Positions 48,856 through 62,520 of a DNA stretch of 64,000 bases are shown piece after piece. The notes under the pieces are model-generated. The model did not search any database. It worked only from the letters and a program-made list of their open reading frames with translations, and was not told the DNA's origin. A program made the translations under genes and the position numbers. The DNA is from Squalus acanthias (taxonomy: Eukaryota). Every line of letters starts with the position of its first letter. The stretch's first letter is position 1. The stretch is from contig CM059432.1 of NCBI GenBank assembly GCA_030390025.1, positions 99,140,001 to 99,204,000 on the forward strand, given 5' to 3'.

Positions 48856-50054
48856 TCATCTGAGGTCCAAGGTGAAACCGCATAAGCGGCACACATACTG
48901 ATCTGATATATGACAGATGTAAAGTTGAGATCAGATGCACAGTCCTCCAATGTAGTGAGAGTCACCTCTAAAGTTGTAGACATCACCTAAAAGTACTAAA
49001 ATCACCTGCAAAGTACTGAAAGCAAACTCTCAGAACATGTGCTGTGAGCAAAAACCTTTCACTTAGGCAAGGAAGCAGGTGTGAGGTCTCAGTACTTAGG
49101 CAATTTTTTTTTTTGCCTCTCATTTGTTCAGCCCGCTCAGTTGCCGCTGTGCTCTCGCCTTGCTTTCACTGGTGAGGTCCAGGAAGCCCGGGAATCCTGC
49201 GCACACACAGTTAAACTTGAAAGCCTATAACAAACACTCTTAATAGCCTCTTAACTAGCTATTAATAGGTTTAAATTGGCAACCCACCTCTCCCGAGGGG
49301 GTCTATCGCTCGCAGCCAAATGCGCTCAAGTGAATTGCGGCAGCCAGAGGTTTGAAGCCGGCTTCCAGACGCGCTGTCAATTTCAGCGCATTAACCGCCT
49401 CCCCCCCACCACCCACTCCCAAACCCACTCACTCACTCGTTCCTGTTAAAATTCTGGCCAGAAAGATTCCTTTAATTGTTTGTAAAACTTTAGTCTTAAA
49501 TTTATGAGGTTTAGTTTAGTTATCATAAAAATATAGAAATGGGAATTAGAATACCTGGTGCTGGAAACTGCTGCAAAATATTTCATTTCATTGCAAAAAA
49601 AAAATCCCTTTCAGTTTAATTTATAGGCAAGTTAAAGTAATAGCAGGAAGTCAGCTTTGTTGATATTATACTTTGTTGCTGCCTATGCATTTAAATGTGT
49701 CATGAGATTTGAGGATATGTGGTGGGGGGGAAAAAACAATAAAAATCTTAGGAAGAAAATGTACAATTCCAATGACAGCTATTTCAATGGCACTGTACAA
49801 AACTTCAAGTATAATATTTCTTCACTGAATGAACCTGCACTGTTGAACAGTTACTTTTGCAAAAAGCTATGAAAATGGAAAGCCTGCTTTCTTGTGTTAC
49901 CATGGTGTTGGTGATGATGACAGGCAATGGTTTTATGAAAAGTGAAAATAGTTTTCTCAATAGTTTTAAAAGTTACACATCAAAGCAGGATGGCAATCTT
50001 CAATCCCAGTTACAAGGAAAAGAATAGATCATGGCCATTATTCTGAGGAAAAGT

Positions 50055-51278
50055 GAACATGAATTTACAGTCGGTATGACGGCTTACTCTCAGAGTACGC
50101 AGTCATACCGCCTTTGAAATTGACCGCAAGTTCTCATGCACTAAATCCTGAACTTGTGATCTGTCAAGTTCTGACTGCACATAGGCTTCGCTGCATCTTT
50201 CACCTCCTCATACAAATGAACGTGCCAGCGAAAAGTTGGGCTAATTGGCCACCTACTGCAAGGTAATTATGCTGAAAATTTTTAAGTCTGGTGCAAACAG
50301 GTGCAGGAAGCCTGTTGCACAGCATAAGGGGACCGAATAAGAAAATTGTATTACAAAAAGTTCTGTAACAGGACAATGCTAAATGGGAGATTTGTTTCAA
50401 AAGGTTATCATAATGAAGTGTTTGTAAGCGCACTGAATAAAGCATTAAATGAGTGGTTATTAACTTCTCATTTAAAAACGTTACAAACCAGAGTGTAAAG
50501 TAATGAGACTTGTATTGCCAGTATGTGTTATAAGAGGTTTGTAACAACTGATGTTTGTGAATTTTGAATAAACATACTTTGTTCTAATGTGAAATTTACA
50601 ATGACATTGTTACCATGAGAAGATTGCAGTTACAGAATTTATTATAAAGGCAGCCTTTTAGTGTTCGATTCCACTTCGTCATCACGTATGTCTGTATGAA
50701 GGAGAGACAAAGAAAGGTCCCTGGTATCCCCGTTGGGTTTACCCTGAATTTCACTTCGGGTGTATTACGTAAATCAATTGTCTGTCAGGTTCCCAGCACA
50801 AAGATAAATGCTTTGATTTACACAACTTTAAAGATTGTCAGAATGTTAAAATAAATATTTCCCTGTTATTTGTTGTTTTGAAGATTTCAGTTGCTACCAA
50901 GCCTATGCAGTTTACTGCAGCTGATACTGTCAGTGTAAATGTGATGTACTCCCATCAGCTCATAGCTTGTACCGCCATGAAGCTTGGATCTGTGTTTTTT
51001 ATTGAACACTTGATACGGCCTTGCCTTCTATAAATCATACAAATCAACAATCTCCTCTGTTTCCTGATTGGCTAAGAGTCAGGAAGTGAAAGGAACACCA
51101 CGTGACCCCAGGTTCGCATATGCAAAGCAGTGGGCTCCGTGGGGTACTATGCTGCACACAACTCTGCAGCATTTGAAAGCAAATTCTCGAAGGGGCGTTC
51201 ACGTGATGTAAGTGCAGATTTCCTTCGGATGTCGGCGGCGTACTCCTTAGCTATGCCTCCAAACATGAATTCAGGCCC
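50055..51278. mobile_element. Older non-autonomous Harbinger-type element
   Basis: Right end AATTCAGGCCC; left end degenerate (GAACATGAATTT); no TSD confirmed. Confidence 0.5.
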
Positions 51279-52122
51279 TATATAAAATATATATATATAT
51301 ATTTTACTTTTTTTGCATTCATAATTTGGTTTTATATCGTTCTGAATATTAGAACCAGTGTTCCTCATAGCTTCAATTCACTCATGTCCAGTTATGAAAT
51401 AAGACCTAACCTGCTTTACTTTACATTTTTAATTTATTTTGTGTTTTCATGTTCATGATGTGGCTTCAGGGGTGAAGCTGTTTTTTTTATATTTTATGCT
51501 CTAAAATTCCACTAACAGCCACAAGATAAGTGATTAGATAATCTGTTCTGGTGGTGCTTGGGAATGTTGGTATGGTAATAATAGTATCAGATGGCCTTTA
51601 ACCCATCTGCCTGTTCTGAGGGATGTTAATGTCTCACCCTATGGATGGCAGGATGAAGAATTAGGAAGTATCTTCTAGTCTAAAAGGGAGGTGCTGATAT
51701 GCCAATCCTATCTCAGCAAACTAATGGGGAAAGACCTTTATGGCGAGGAAGGAACACTCAGGGAAGGAATATGAAGGCTTGTGCTTGGATTCTTGTATCC
51801 AATACTGCTAAATTACCGTAGTATCAACCTATCTAATCTATAACCTCGTGAAGTGGTGTCATCTATGCCTAGAAACTTATTTTAATCAGTTAGTGAATAG
51901 TTCAAATGGGGACACAAGTTAAAATGTAGGAAGTTGAAAATAAGAAAGGGAATCAGAAGGATGTTATTTGCTTGAAGATTCATAGAGTTGTGGAATAAGT
52001 TACCAGTTAAGTCCCTTGAAAGAGGTAACTAGATATGCTTCTGGAGAGACTGAGGAATGTGAAGGTGGCAATAATTGCTCTGGTCACTGTGTAGCAATAG
52101 TATGCATGAATTAAAAAAATAA

Positions 52123-52486
52123 TGGCCGGAGTTTTAACTTGGAGGTCGGAGTGGGTGGAGGAGAGGGCTGGAATGTGGTCGGGAAACCCAGGAGAACCGG
52201 CAACATTTTGCTTCTCTATTTCCTGCCTGCAGCCAGCAGTGGAAAGACACTTTTCTCCTGGATCCAGCAGTCCTCGCCTTCCTTTACCTGGTGGGTTCCC
52301 CGAGCCGCCCAAAGTTAAATTTAAAATGGAGCTCCAAAATGAGGCATGCAGCCTCATTATAATATTTAAAGTGCCAAACCGCCTCCAGAGAGTAGGCTGG
52401 CTGCCCGACCCCCATCCCACCTCCATTAAAACCGGAAGTGGGCAGGTTGAGTTCGGGATTCATATTTTTAACACTTTAACCTCTCA
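52123..52486. mobile_element. Harbinger-type MITE fragment
   Basis: GGCCGGAGTTTTAAC end with GC-rich subterminal motifs; truncated by CR1. Confidence 0.55.
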
Positions 52487-53083
52487 GGTTATGATGAAGT
52501 TATGATGAACCTTTATAAAACACTGGTTCAGCCTCAACTGGAGTATTGTGTCCCATTCTGGACGCCACACTTTAGGAAGGATGTGAAGGCCTTCGAGAGG
52601 GTGCAGAAAAGATTTACAAGAATGGTTCCAGGGATGAGGGACTTCAGTTATGTGGATAGACTGGAGAAGCCGGGGTTGTTCTCCTTAGAGCAAAGAAGAT
52701 TGAGAGGAGATTTGATAGAGGTGTTCAAAATCATAGGGGTCTAGACAGAGTAGATAGAGACAAATTGTTCCCATTGGCGGAAAGGTCGAGAACCAGAGGA
52801 CACAGATTTAAGGATTTTGGCAGAAGAACCAAAGGCGACATGAAGAAAAACTTTTTTACGCAGCGAATGGTTAGGATCTGGAATTCACTGCCTGAAATGG
52901 TGGTGGAGGCAGATTCAATCGTGGCTTTCAAAAGGGAATTGGATAAGTACCTGAAGGGGGAAAACAAATTCAGGGCTATGGGGAAAGGGGGGGAATGGGA
53001 CTAGCTGAAGTGCTCTTGCAGAGAGCCAGCAAGGGCTCGACTGGCCGAATGGCCTCCTTCTGTGCTGTAACCATTCTATGATT
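52487..53083 (+). mobile_element. CR1 LINE 3' part
   Basis: LYKTLVQPQLEYC...HFRKDV...RLRGDLIEVFK...TRGHRFK; tail CATTCTATGATT. Confidence 0.93.
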
Positions 53084-54036
53084 TTACCTGACCCCCAATC
53101 CACCGGTTTTTGGGGTTAAATTTTCCCCCAATGTGTCTATGATGTTGGTAAATATAGAGACCAGTGCAATTCTTTACCATATGAAGAGATTGTGGATAAA
53201 TGAGATTAGACCAATCAAAAGTGAATGGACTTGTTGGATATAGGGCCCAAAATTCCGATTTGGCTCTGACTGCTTCCCTGGTGGAAATGCCATATAAAGA
53301 CCACAGCAAAATTCTGGTGGGTGGGTCGCGGCGGGGGGTAAGAGAAAATCATCCATCTGTTCCCCTCCATGTCAAGGGACATGTTTGAAGGAGTTCCCAC
53401 CTACTCCAGGAATCAGGAATTCAAGCCAATACACGCTTATAAGGACTCCGAGGAACTCTTGCTAGAAAGCTTATAGCCGATGAGAATCCCACTGAGGGTT
53501 TTTCTAAGGCCTCAAGACTGCACCAGGAAGAGGTAATCAATCCTAGAAAGAATTGATTGCCTTCAACTAGAAGTCTGTTTGCTCCAAGAGGGGTAAAATA
53601 TAACCAGATAGAGCATGGAAAGGACCTATTTCCGTCCTCAGAATGGCACCACGTTACTCTGAGTTTCCTCCTGGCATATTGTAGCAGGTGCAGCTCACCC
53701 CCTTCCTCCCCTGAATATGCGAATGAACAATCAGCTGTAATTTGGGAATGGGTCTGGACATCCTCACTTTAGTAGACTTAGGATCAGTTACATTGCTGTT
53801 CCATCAGTGAAGTAACCCTATTGGAATTTCAAACCCAATTGTTGCTTACCTATTGAGAAGTTCTTATGGCTATTGATCAATAAATCACGATAATTGTTTT
53901 CAATAACTTAAGTGCAAAATTTGTCATGTTGAATTCCAATCTGTCTGTCATAATAGATTTAAAAAAAATATTTACTTATGTATACAGGCCAATATTGTTT
54001 TTCTTGTTTACAACTAATATTGCATAACATTCTTAA

Positions 54037-54640
54037 AGGGGAATTTTAGCTCCTAGATATAAAGCTAGTGGGGGCTGCTCGTTAGTGAGCTGCAAGCTGG
54101 AGGCTCGGTCCTATTTAACGGCCGGGCCTCATTAACATTCCCCCGGTCAGCTGCCTGCTTGAAATGGGCATCCAGAGGCAGTTGGCTGGCTTTGGGCCTG
54201 CGAAGATCAGGTAACCCGGAGGCTGCTAAATTAGCAGTCCGGTAAATCAGTGAGGGAGGTTCCGGAGGGTTCATTAGGGCGGGGGGGGGGGGGGGGGGGG
54301 GGGGGGCGGTGTGGGGAACAGCTGGGGGAGGTAGCACTCCTGTTTCTCCTGCCCCATAGATAAGTTTTAAACAGATGACAGGGCCTCTGCAGGGTGTCTG
54401 CCAAGTTTTACTGAGCGGAGCATCCTCTGCAGATACTCCATTTAGTGTGCAGTTAAAATTGACATCCTAGGACCCAGATTTATATTTATTCATGGAGCTC
54501 CCTCTGAGTCAGTCAACCTCCCAAAAAAACAGCGGTGTTAAAATGGCTGCGGGGCGGGTAAGGAGTGGTAGGTCCACCGCTTGGATTTTAACTCCCATTC
54601 CACCCGGTTTATGCTGGGTGAAGGGAGTTAAAATTCCCCC
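54037..54640. mobile_element. Harbinger-type MITE containing a 26-G homopolymer (54281-54306)
   Basis: TIRs GGGGAATTTTAGCTCC / GGGGAATTTTAACTCC. Confidence 0.8.
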
Positions 54641-55799
54641 TTTTTACTGTTTGTTTTGAGGCAAAGTACTCAAAATATTTTAACATATCTATCAATATAT
54701 TATATTACAAACTACTTTTATTGCCTCAAACACCACGCCATAATCTACTTTGGGATATATTTACCCAAAATTTAAGTGTCATGTTTGAATAGTGTTTTGG
54801 TGGTAAACCTATTTTTGTTGTCATTGTACTGTGCCATATATATATTTTACTTGCTTGTGTCATTCTTACTGGTGTGTTATTGTGTGTCACCGCTTGTTGT
54901 GCATATATAAATTACCTGAAATATGACACTTCGTAGCTTCTAATTTGTACTTGCATCCTCATTATTGGTGATAAGAGAGGAGGAATACAAAATCCATTAT
55001 GCTTTTATATCCTGAAACACTTCCTTATAGATGATTGAAGCTTACTGAAAAATTCAGTCGGCACGTACATACCTGAAGGATCTGTAGAAAGATTATTAGA
55101 TTTTTTTTTATACCGTAGTGACACACAATATAATAGGCAAGTGTTATTAATCAAACAAACGTTTTTTGATCTGTGTGAGAAGTTAACAGAAGGTTTACAG
55201 TGTCAGGCCTCTAGGAATGTTGAATGTTAATGTGCATTAAGTGACTGTGGCATACACCTATGTTACTGGTAAGTGACTGCTTGTCACGTACTGAAACTTT
55301 CCAGGGGATTCTTCTACTTCTCTTTGTACCATGTTAGCTTTGCAAGGAGACTGGTGGCTCAACCATATTTAACATGCCATTTGTAATCCAGAGCTGTTAA
55401 TGCTGTTATGATGTACATGGACTGCAGAGTTTTCCAGTAATCAAATGTAAATTCTGTCTTAATAAACTTGCAATAATGTTGCAAATATTAATCCTTCGGT
55501 GTGAATGCCATCATTCATCACTGCCGTGGAGCACACTAACAGTTGCCATGGTGTTTGTCAGCTGCTGCAAGCATAGGATGGACCAATAAAGGGATCGGAA
55601 GTATAATTATACCACTGCAGATAACTAACTGAGCCCTGACAAAAATATAATTCTTCTTATCTGTGTATCCCAGCCACCAGTTCACCAGATGATGAATGTT
55701 AAGACATTGGGCAGTGTATGAACAAAATACTCATTCCATATAAAGGAAAAGCAAAATAGTGAATGCCTTGGCAGGGAATTACTGGCACTAAAGTAGACT

Positions 55800-56018
55800 T
55801 GGGTTATGATCTGGAATGCACTGCCTGAAAGGGTGGTGGAGGCAGATTCAATCGTGGCTTTCAAAAGGGAATTGGATAAGTACCTGAAAGAAAAAGATTT
55901 GCAGGGCTACGGGGAAAGGGTGGGGAATTGGGACTAGCTGAAGTGCTCTTGCAGAGAGCCGGCACGGGCTCAACGGGCCAAATGGTCTCTTCTGTGCTGT
56001 AACCATTCGATGATTCTA
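55800..56018 (+). mobile_element. CR1 3' end
   Basis: Close match to 52868-53083. Confidence 0.9.
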
Positions 56019-56466
56019 GTTGGGTTTTTTCATATTTGGGTCACAGTTCCTTTCTATTTCTGACTGGCTCATTGTTTTCCTATTATGCAGGTTTTCTTAC
56101 TATACTTCAAATAGTTTTTCGGGGTGGGGGAAGATTTCCTCACAGTTTGTCCTGCCTGAGAAAAATTCCAGCTAATCTGTTGCAATCAGGTGGAAGCTGC
56201 CGATTTCCGTCATTAAAATACTTCCCCTGAGATCCGTCACGCTTTTTGGACCTACCTGCAGTCAGAGCTGACCTAATTTGTATACAGCACATCAAAATGA
56301 AAGCCAGTAGCGCAGCAGCTTTGTGTTGCCGCCTTTTACACTCTTCATGCGCTCCTAAGTCAGACTGAGATTTAAAGGTGTACCAGCTGCCAGGATCAGT
56401 TGATACAGATGGAAGCAAAGAGTTTCTGAGCCTGAAGAGTCTGGAGAGTTTGAATAGGAGAGATTG

Positions 56467-58060
56467 GGAGTTAAATTGGACCACATAGCGCCCATTTATT
56501 AGGCGCTATGCAGCCAGCTAAGGTCCATAAATGGTGTCCAAGATGTGCACACACAATCCCGACGGGAAGGGCGCAATGTGTCATCTTGGTAAAGGGCTCA
56601 ATGCGCGCCTACTAAATGCCAGCAACATGAAGAGGAGGGAGATCATGACGTGGATCAGCGTAGAATGCAGAATTGAGGCCACCATTGCCAGTTGGAAGGC
56701 CTGTGTTGACCTCGATCATCTGAACTTACTAAATGGCATGAAAGACCAGCGTTATTTAAAGGGATCATGCAAGAGTCATAGGTAAATTGCTGGATTATTA
56801 CTTTTGGCCGCAGCTCAACTTCTAGGCATTCTTTGCTGAGTTCTAGGGCTGTTAGGAGGACACACCAGAGCAAGAAAAGCTGCCAGAAGTGGGAGGAGGA
56901 GGAGGAGCAGGGCACTCAGCAGGTAGCCATATCTACAGAGGGTCTGCAGGGACCACCTCCTACTTCAACTTCAGTGAGGAGCAGTGCATTAGCCTCCTTC
57001 GCTTCACCAAGGAGGTTGTCACTGAGACGTGTCATTTGGTGCAGCCACAACTGTAGCCTCAAAGTAGCGCATGGACAGCACTGTTTAGAAACATAGAAAC
57101 ATAGAATCTAGGAGCAGGAGTAGGCCATTCGGCCCGTCGAGCCTGCTCCACCATTCAATACGATCATGGCTGATCATCCAAATCCAGTACCCTGTCCCTG
57201 CTTTAATCCCCACAGTACACATATCCCACCCTACCCCCGTAACCCCACGAATTTAATTCCCCCTAACATATCCCATCCTATCCCCATAACCCCACATATT
57301 TAATCCCCCCTTAACACTAAGGGTCAATTTATCATAGCCAAATCAACCTAACCCGCACATTTTTGGACTGTGGGAGGAAACCGGAGCACCCGGAGGAAAC
57401 CCACGCAGACACGGGGAGAAATGTGCAAACTCCACACAGACAGTTTGTGGCTTTCAAGGTAACCGTTGCTCTAAACTTCTATGCTATGGACTCATTTCAG
57501 GCTACAATAGGAGATATTAGCGCCATCTCCCAGTTCGCAGTGCACTGCCGTATCGGGGAGATCACTGAGGCTCTCCATACCATGAGAAATATGTACATCT
57601 CATTCTCAATTGCTGGAGAAAAGCAGGAAGAGGGAGGACTAGCTTTTGTATGTTTTGTATGAAGTTTTCAATAGTGCTGAGTGTGAGGGTGAGGTTAAGC
57701 TTAAGAATTGAAGTGTTCAGTGCTGATTGATAGAAGCTGTAGGTAGGTGGGGTATGGAAGTGGCGTGAATTTGGCAGTTGATGAGGCTAGTGGTGTAGCA
57801 GCTATGAGATGCCATTTGAAGATGGATCTTACCTTGACAACTCTTGTCAGATCATTGAACTTCTTGTGACACTGCACCCAGGTATTGGGAGCCATAATCC
57901 TGGCATTCACATCCTCTGCGACCTCCTCTCTGCCTCCTTATCATGTGCCGTGAAGGCTCCCTGACCCCCGGTGAATGTCCCTCCTCATTTGCACTTCCTG
58001 CACCAAGGCCTCCAGTGCAGCAACAGCCAAACTTGCTGCATGCTCTCGGCCACCTTCTGC
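56467..58060. mobile_element. Deleted Harbinger: transposase N-terminal half (+) and Myb exon 1 (-)
   Basis: RFTKEVVTE...KVTVALNFYAMDSFQATIGDISAISQ on +; TWVQCHKKFNDLTRVVK on -. Confidence 0.82.
57086..57443 (-). mobile_element. 5'-truncated V-SINE (HE1-like)
   Basis: V-domain CTGTGTGGAGTTTGCACATTTCTCCCCGTGTCTGCGTGGGTTTCCTCCGGGTGCTCCGGTTTCCTCCCACAGTCCAAA; CR1-derived tail. Confidence 0.9.
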
Positions 58061-60168
58061 CATTCTAAAGAAAGAGTAGGGCCTATTAGAGACCAAAAAG
58101 GAAACTTGTGTGTAGAGGTGGAGGACGTGGGTATGGCTCTTAATGAATACTTCGCATCTGACTTCACAAAAGAGAGGGATGATGCAGACATTGTAGTTAA
58201 GGAGGAGGAGTGTGAAATATTAGATGAGATAAACCTAGTTCTTTTTAATTTATTCGTTTACAGGATGTGGGCATCGCTAGCAAGGCCGGCATCCCGAAAT
58301 TGCCCTTGAACCACTGCAGTCCTGTGGTGAAGTTACTCCCACAGTGCTGACTTTGTTGCAATGGTTTGTTACAACTGAGTGGCTTGCTAGGTTTCAGAGG
58401 GCAGTTAAGAGTCAACCACATTACTGTGGGTCTGGAGTCACATATAGGCCAGACCGGGTAAGGACGGCAGATTTCCTTCCCTAAAGGACATTAGTGAACC
58501 AGATGGGTTTTTACGACAATCCAGTAGTTTCATAGTCACCATTACTGATACTAGCTTGTTAATTCAGATTTTTTTTTTAATTAACTGAATTTAAATCCCC
58601 CAGCTGCCATGGTGGGATTTGAGCTCTTGCCTCTGGATTATTACTCCCAGCCTCTGGATTACTAGTCCAGTAGCATAACCACTGTGCTACCGTACAGTGA
58701 GAGTGGATGTACTAAGGGGTTTAGCATCTTTGAAAGTAGATAAATTACCAGGCCCAGATGAAATGTATACCAGGCTGTTAAGAAAAGCAAGGGAAGAAAT
58801 AGCGGAGGCTCTGACCATCATTTTTCAATCCTCTCTGGCTACAGGTGTGGTGCCGGAGGACTGGTAGTGATGTACCGTTGTTTAAAAAGGGAGAAAGGGA
58901 TTGACCAAGTAATTACAGGCCAGTCAGCCGAGCCTCGGTGGTGAGCAAATTGTTGGAAAAGTTTATGAGGGACAGTATTAATCATCATTTAGAAAGGCAC
59001 AGATTAATCAAAGGCAGTCAGCGTGGATTTGTTAAGGGAAGGCTGTGTCTGACTAAATTGATTGAATTTTTTGAGGCGTAACAAGGAGGATTGATGAGGG
59101 TAGCACATTTCCTGTAGTCTACATGGATTTTAGCAAGGCTTTTGACAAGGTCCCACATGGCAGACTGGTCAGAAAAGTAAAAGCTCATGGGATCCAAGGG
59201 AAAGTGGCAAGTTGGATCCAAATTTGGTTCAGTGGCAGGAAGCAAATGGTAATGGCCGATGGATGTTTTTGTGACTGGAAAGCTGTTTCCAGAGGGGTTC
59301 CACAGAGCTCAGTACTTGGTCCCTTGCTTTTTGTGGTATACAGCAATGATTTAGACTTCAAATGTAGGGGGCATGATTAAGAAGTTTGCAGATGATACAA
59401 AAATTGGCCGTATGGTTGACAGTGAGGAAAAAAAGCTGTAGACAGCAGGTAGATATCAATGGACTGGTCAGGTGGGCAGAAAAGTGGCAAATGGAATTCA
59501 ATCTGGAGAAGTGTGAGGTAATGCATTTGGGGAGGGCTAACAAAGCAAGGGAATGCACAATAAATGGTAGGATACTAAGAAGTGTAGAGGAACAGAGGGA
59601 CCTTGGAGTGCATGTCCACAGATGCCTGAAGGTAGCAGGACAGGTAGATAAGGTGGTTAAGAAGGCATACAGGATACTTTCCTTTATTAGCCGAGGCATA
59701 GAATATAAGAGCAGGCAGGTTATGCTTGAACTGTATAAAACACTAGTTAGGCTACAGCTAGAGTACTATGTAAAGTTCTAGTCACCACATTACAGGAAAG
59801 ATGTGATTGTACTAGAGAGGGTATAGAGGAGATTTACAAGGATGTTGCCAGGACTGGAGAATTTTAGCTATGAGGAAAGATTGGATAGATTGGGGTTGTT
59901 TTCTTTGGAACAGAGGAGGCTGAGGGAAGACTTGATTGAGGTGGATAAAATTATGAGGGGCCTAGATTGAGTGGATAGGAAGGACCTATTTCCCCTAGCA
60001 GAGAGATCAATAACCAAGGGTTATAGATTTAAAGTAATTGGTAGAAGGAAAGAAGAGAGTTGAGGAGAACTTTTTTTCACATGGAGGGTGGTGTGGGTCT
60101 GGAATTCACTGCCTGAAAAGTGGTAGAGGTAGGAACACTCATCACATTTAAAAAGTACTTTAATATGC
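58061..60168 (+). mobile_element. CR1 LINE, 5'-truncated, broken RT
   Basis: NYRPVS, DFSKAFDKVPH, GVPQSSVLGP, KFADD, WAEKWQMEFN. Confidence 0.93.
58240..58694 (-). mobile_element. tRNA-derived SINE nested in CR1; tail shared with the LINE at 2085
   Basis: Head GTACGGTAGCACAGTGGTTATGCTACTGG; tail region 58260-58350 matches 2100-2230. Confidence 0.85.
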
Positions 60169-61148
60169 GTTTTGCACTCCCCTTATCGAGCCCACTCCTC
60201 ACATGTGCAGACAATCAACAGCGGGGATTTAACGTGTTGCCTGCATCGTTATGAATGGACATGGTTTATTCACGTACTGCGATCACCACGCCCGTTTTCA
60301 TGTTTTATCCAATTTAACCTCCACTGAATAGCAATTTCTGCATGTGGGAATGAGTAACATTAAAAATTGAAAAGTTTCCACAATTGTATTTTTTTAAACA
60401 TGCTGGCCAAGAGTTTCCACTTTGGGCATAATCGACAATCTGGGCGCAAATTTCAATTAAATTTGTATTCATTTTCAGAAGTGTGTTTTTCTAAGTTTCT
60501 GCGCAAACTCATTTGCATATCACCGGGCATAAAATCTGCAATGAACCAGCGCAATTGGGCAGCATTTTTGAACGTAATTTTTTTTTTAAATTGTGCATTA
60601 AAAAATATTCCTTCATGTATTTAAGAGTGGTAACCTGGTGCAGCTTTATTAATACAGCTGAAAATGGGTTTATCACAAAAAATAAGCATTTTAATAAGTG
60701 TCTAGTCCACCACCTGTGAGTAACCTGATTTTAAATAACTGAATTTACTTTAAAAAACTATATATAGAACTATTTACTGTACATTGGTGTAGTCAGTTAC
60801 TTCATAAATTTAAAAAAATATATTTTTTGGCAGTTTTTAAATCATGCCTATTCGTGTCCTTGCGCCTAAAAACACCAGCTTAATTTTAAGAGCCTCCTCG
60901 AAGGCCCGCAAACCAGAGCAATTAGCGGAAACTCACAATAGTGATTAATGTGATCTAGGGGCATGGCCAGTGTTGTGGGTGGGGCTGACTTCTAGTGCGA
61001 TGTTTTTTCAACTAGCACAAAAAATTGCAGAAACTTGATTTGCGCTGAACATAATTTGCATTTAAAATTCTCGATCTTTTGCACTGGTTTGGCCAATTTT
61101 GGGCGAATTGTACTTGAAAAAAATGCAACCTTGCGTAAATTCCTGCCC
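60169..61148. mobile_element. Non-autonomous Harbinger-type element, left end lost
   Basis: Right end AAATTCCTGCCC; AT-rich centre. Confidence 0.5.
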
Positions 61149-61854
61149 GTTGTGCTTAATATGCATAAGTGCTGGTTAGATGGTTTCAAACTTTAAATTT
61201 CATAACAGTAAGATAAAGAGGGACTTAACGAAGGAAGATGGCGTATGTTCTGCGCTTTCCTTGGGCCCCGATTGTTCATACTAATTTCCGCTTGTTTTTT
61301 CTAGCACTTGCACGATGTCTAAGGATGTTGTCTATATGTACTTCCAGAAGGCACATGATAAGATTTCGCACAAAAGATTATAAGTAAAAATCAAAGGGCT
61401 AAAAGTTCAGGTGTTTTATGCTACCCGTTACCGGCAAAATTCAGCTAAAACACGGCAGCTGACACTCTTTCACCAGCTGGTCATGCGGCGTCCGCCATTT
61501 TCCGAGAGCTGGCAGCGCTGTCGGTAAAAGCGATGGCCGTGGAAATTTAATTTAGGAAGCGGGTGGCATCAGTCGGCGTGCAATGCCAACTTAATGGCAC
61601 CTAGACAAAATTGGGACTTAGCGCTGAGTTCAGCACTGAGTCCGAAGCTCTCCATGAAAACCCAGCTGTCAGCGCCTCTTAAAGGGACACACACATCTTT
61701 CAGGTAAATTTGCATTTAAGCTTTTGGACTGGATTTTTTTGATTTTATTGAAGTAGTGATTTGGTGCAATACATGTTAAAAGTTTTTTAAGTGTGCAGGG
61801 AGTGCTGCAGGACACTTGGAAGGCCTCGGATGGTAAAGGAAGGCCTCTGAGAAG

Positions 61855-61975
61855 ACAGAAAATGCTGCAAATACTCAGCAGGTCAGGAAACATCCATGGA
61901 GAGAGAAATAGAGTTCACATCTCAGGTTGAGATGCTGCCTCACCAACTGAGTATTTCCAGCTTTTTATTTCAGAA
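61855..61975. mobile_element. Short fold-back Penelope pLTR remnant
   Basis: Two inverted pieces of the pLTR seen at 20660-20735. Confidence 0.75.
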
Positions 61976-61989
61976 TTACAGTATACGCT

Positions 61990-62520
61990 CACAGAGGGAA
62001 GAGGAAGACGCAGAAGAGGAGGAAGCAGATGGAAGGATGCAACCCAGACAGCCGCTTTCTGGCCGAGATATCCGGGATGGAATGATCCGCCTGAGGTACC
62101 AGTAACCAAACCTCAATTTCCCTTTCAACATTTGTCCCCCACCTTAACTTCACTCTGTTATTGACCATCACAGCGTTCTCTTGGCCACAATGCTGAAATA
62201 AAAGCCACCACAAAGCAAACTTTCCAATCCAACATTATACATCTATCCATCTAATATAACATCAAGCAATCAACTCATCTCCCTTATGTATTCCCATAGT
62301 GACTGTCTTGTGTGTGCCTTTGCCTATCCTACTGATGTCATGCAATGCTACCCCAGTGGCAACAACTTGGCTGGTGGAAGGCTGCTGACTTTCAGTGACA
62401 ACCTCAGTGATGTGGTCCCACATCGTTCTTTCTAGAGGGCCTCCTGGACCCTGTGGGTAGAGGACCTCTCTGGCAATGTTGACCCCCTGCACAAAGCTGG
62501 AGTGTTGCATGTGAGATCTT
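61990..62520. mobile_element. Harbinger scraps (transposase C-terminus +, Myb -)
   Basis: EEEDAEEEE...LSGRDIRDGMIRLRY; REVLYPQG...MWDHITE. Confidence 0.7.

Larger units (their letters stand above)
44551..49459. mobile_element. Decayed two-gene Harbinger element E with nested insertions
   Basis: TIRs GGCCGGAATTTT / GGCCAGAATTTT; flanks ACA/AGA; Myb exons on + (~44790-47660); transposase on - (~47962-48690: [35 protein letters not shown]). Confidence 0.88.

Noticed and set aside
54281..54306. Functional G-quadruplex or poly-Pro/Gly ORF
   Set aside because: Homopolymer inside a MITE; its length may be slippage or sequencing error.
55540..55612. Promoter-like motif cluster (partial X-box, CCAAT, CGGAAGT, TATAA)
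   Set aside because: Short motifs with no CpG island or downstream gene support.
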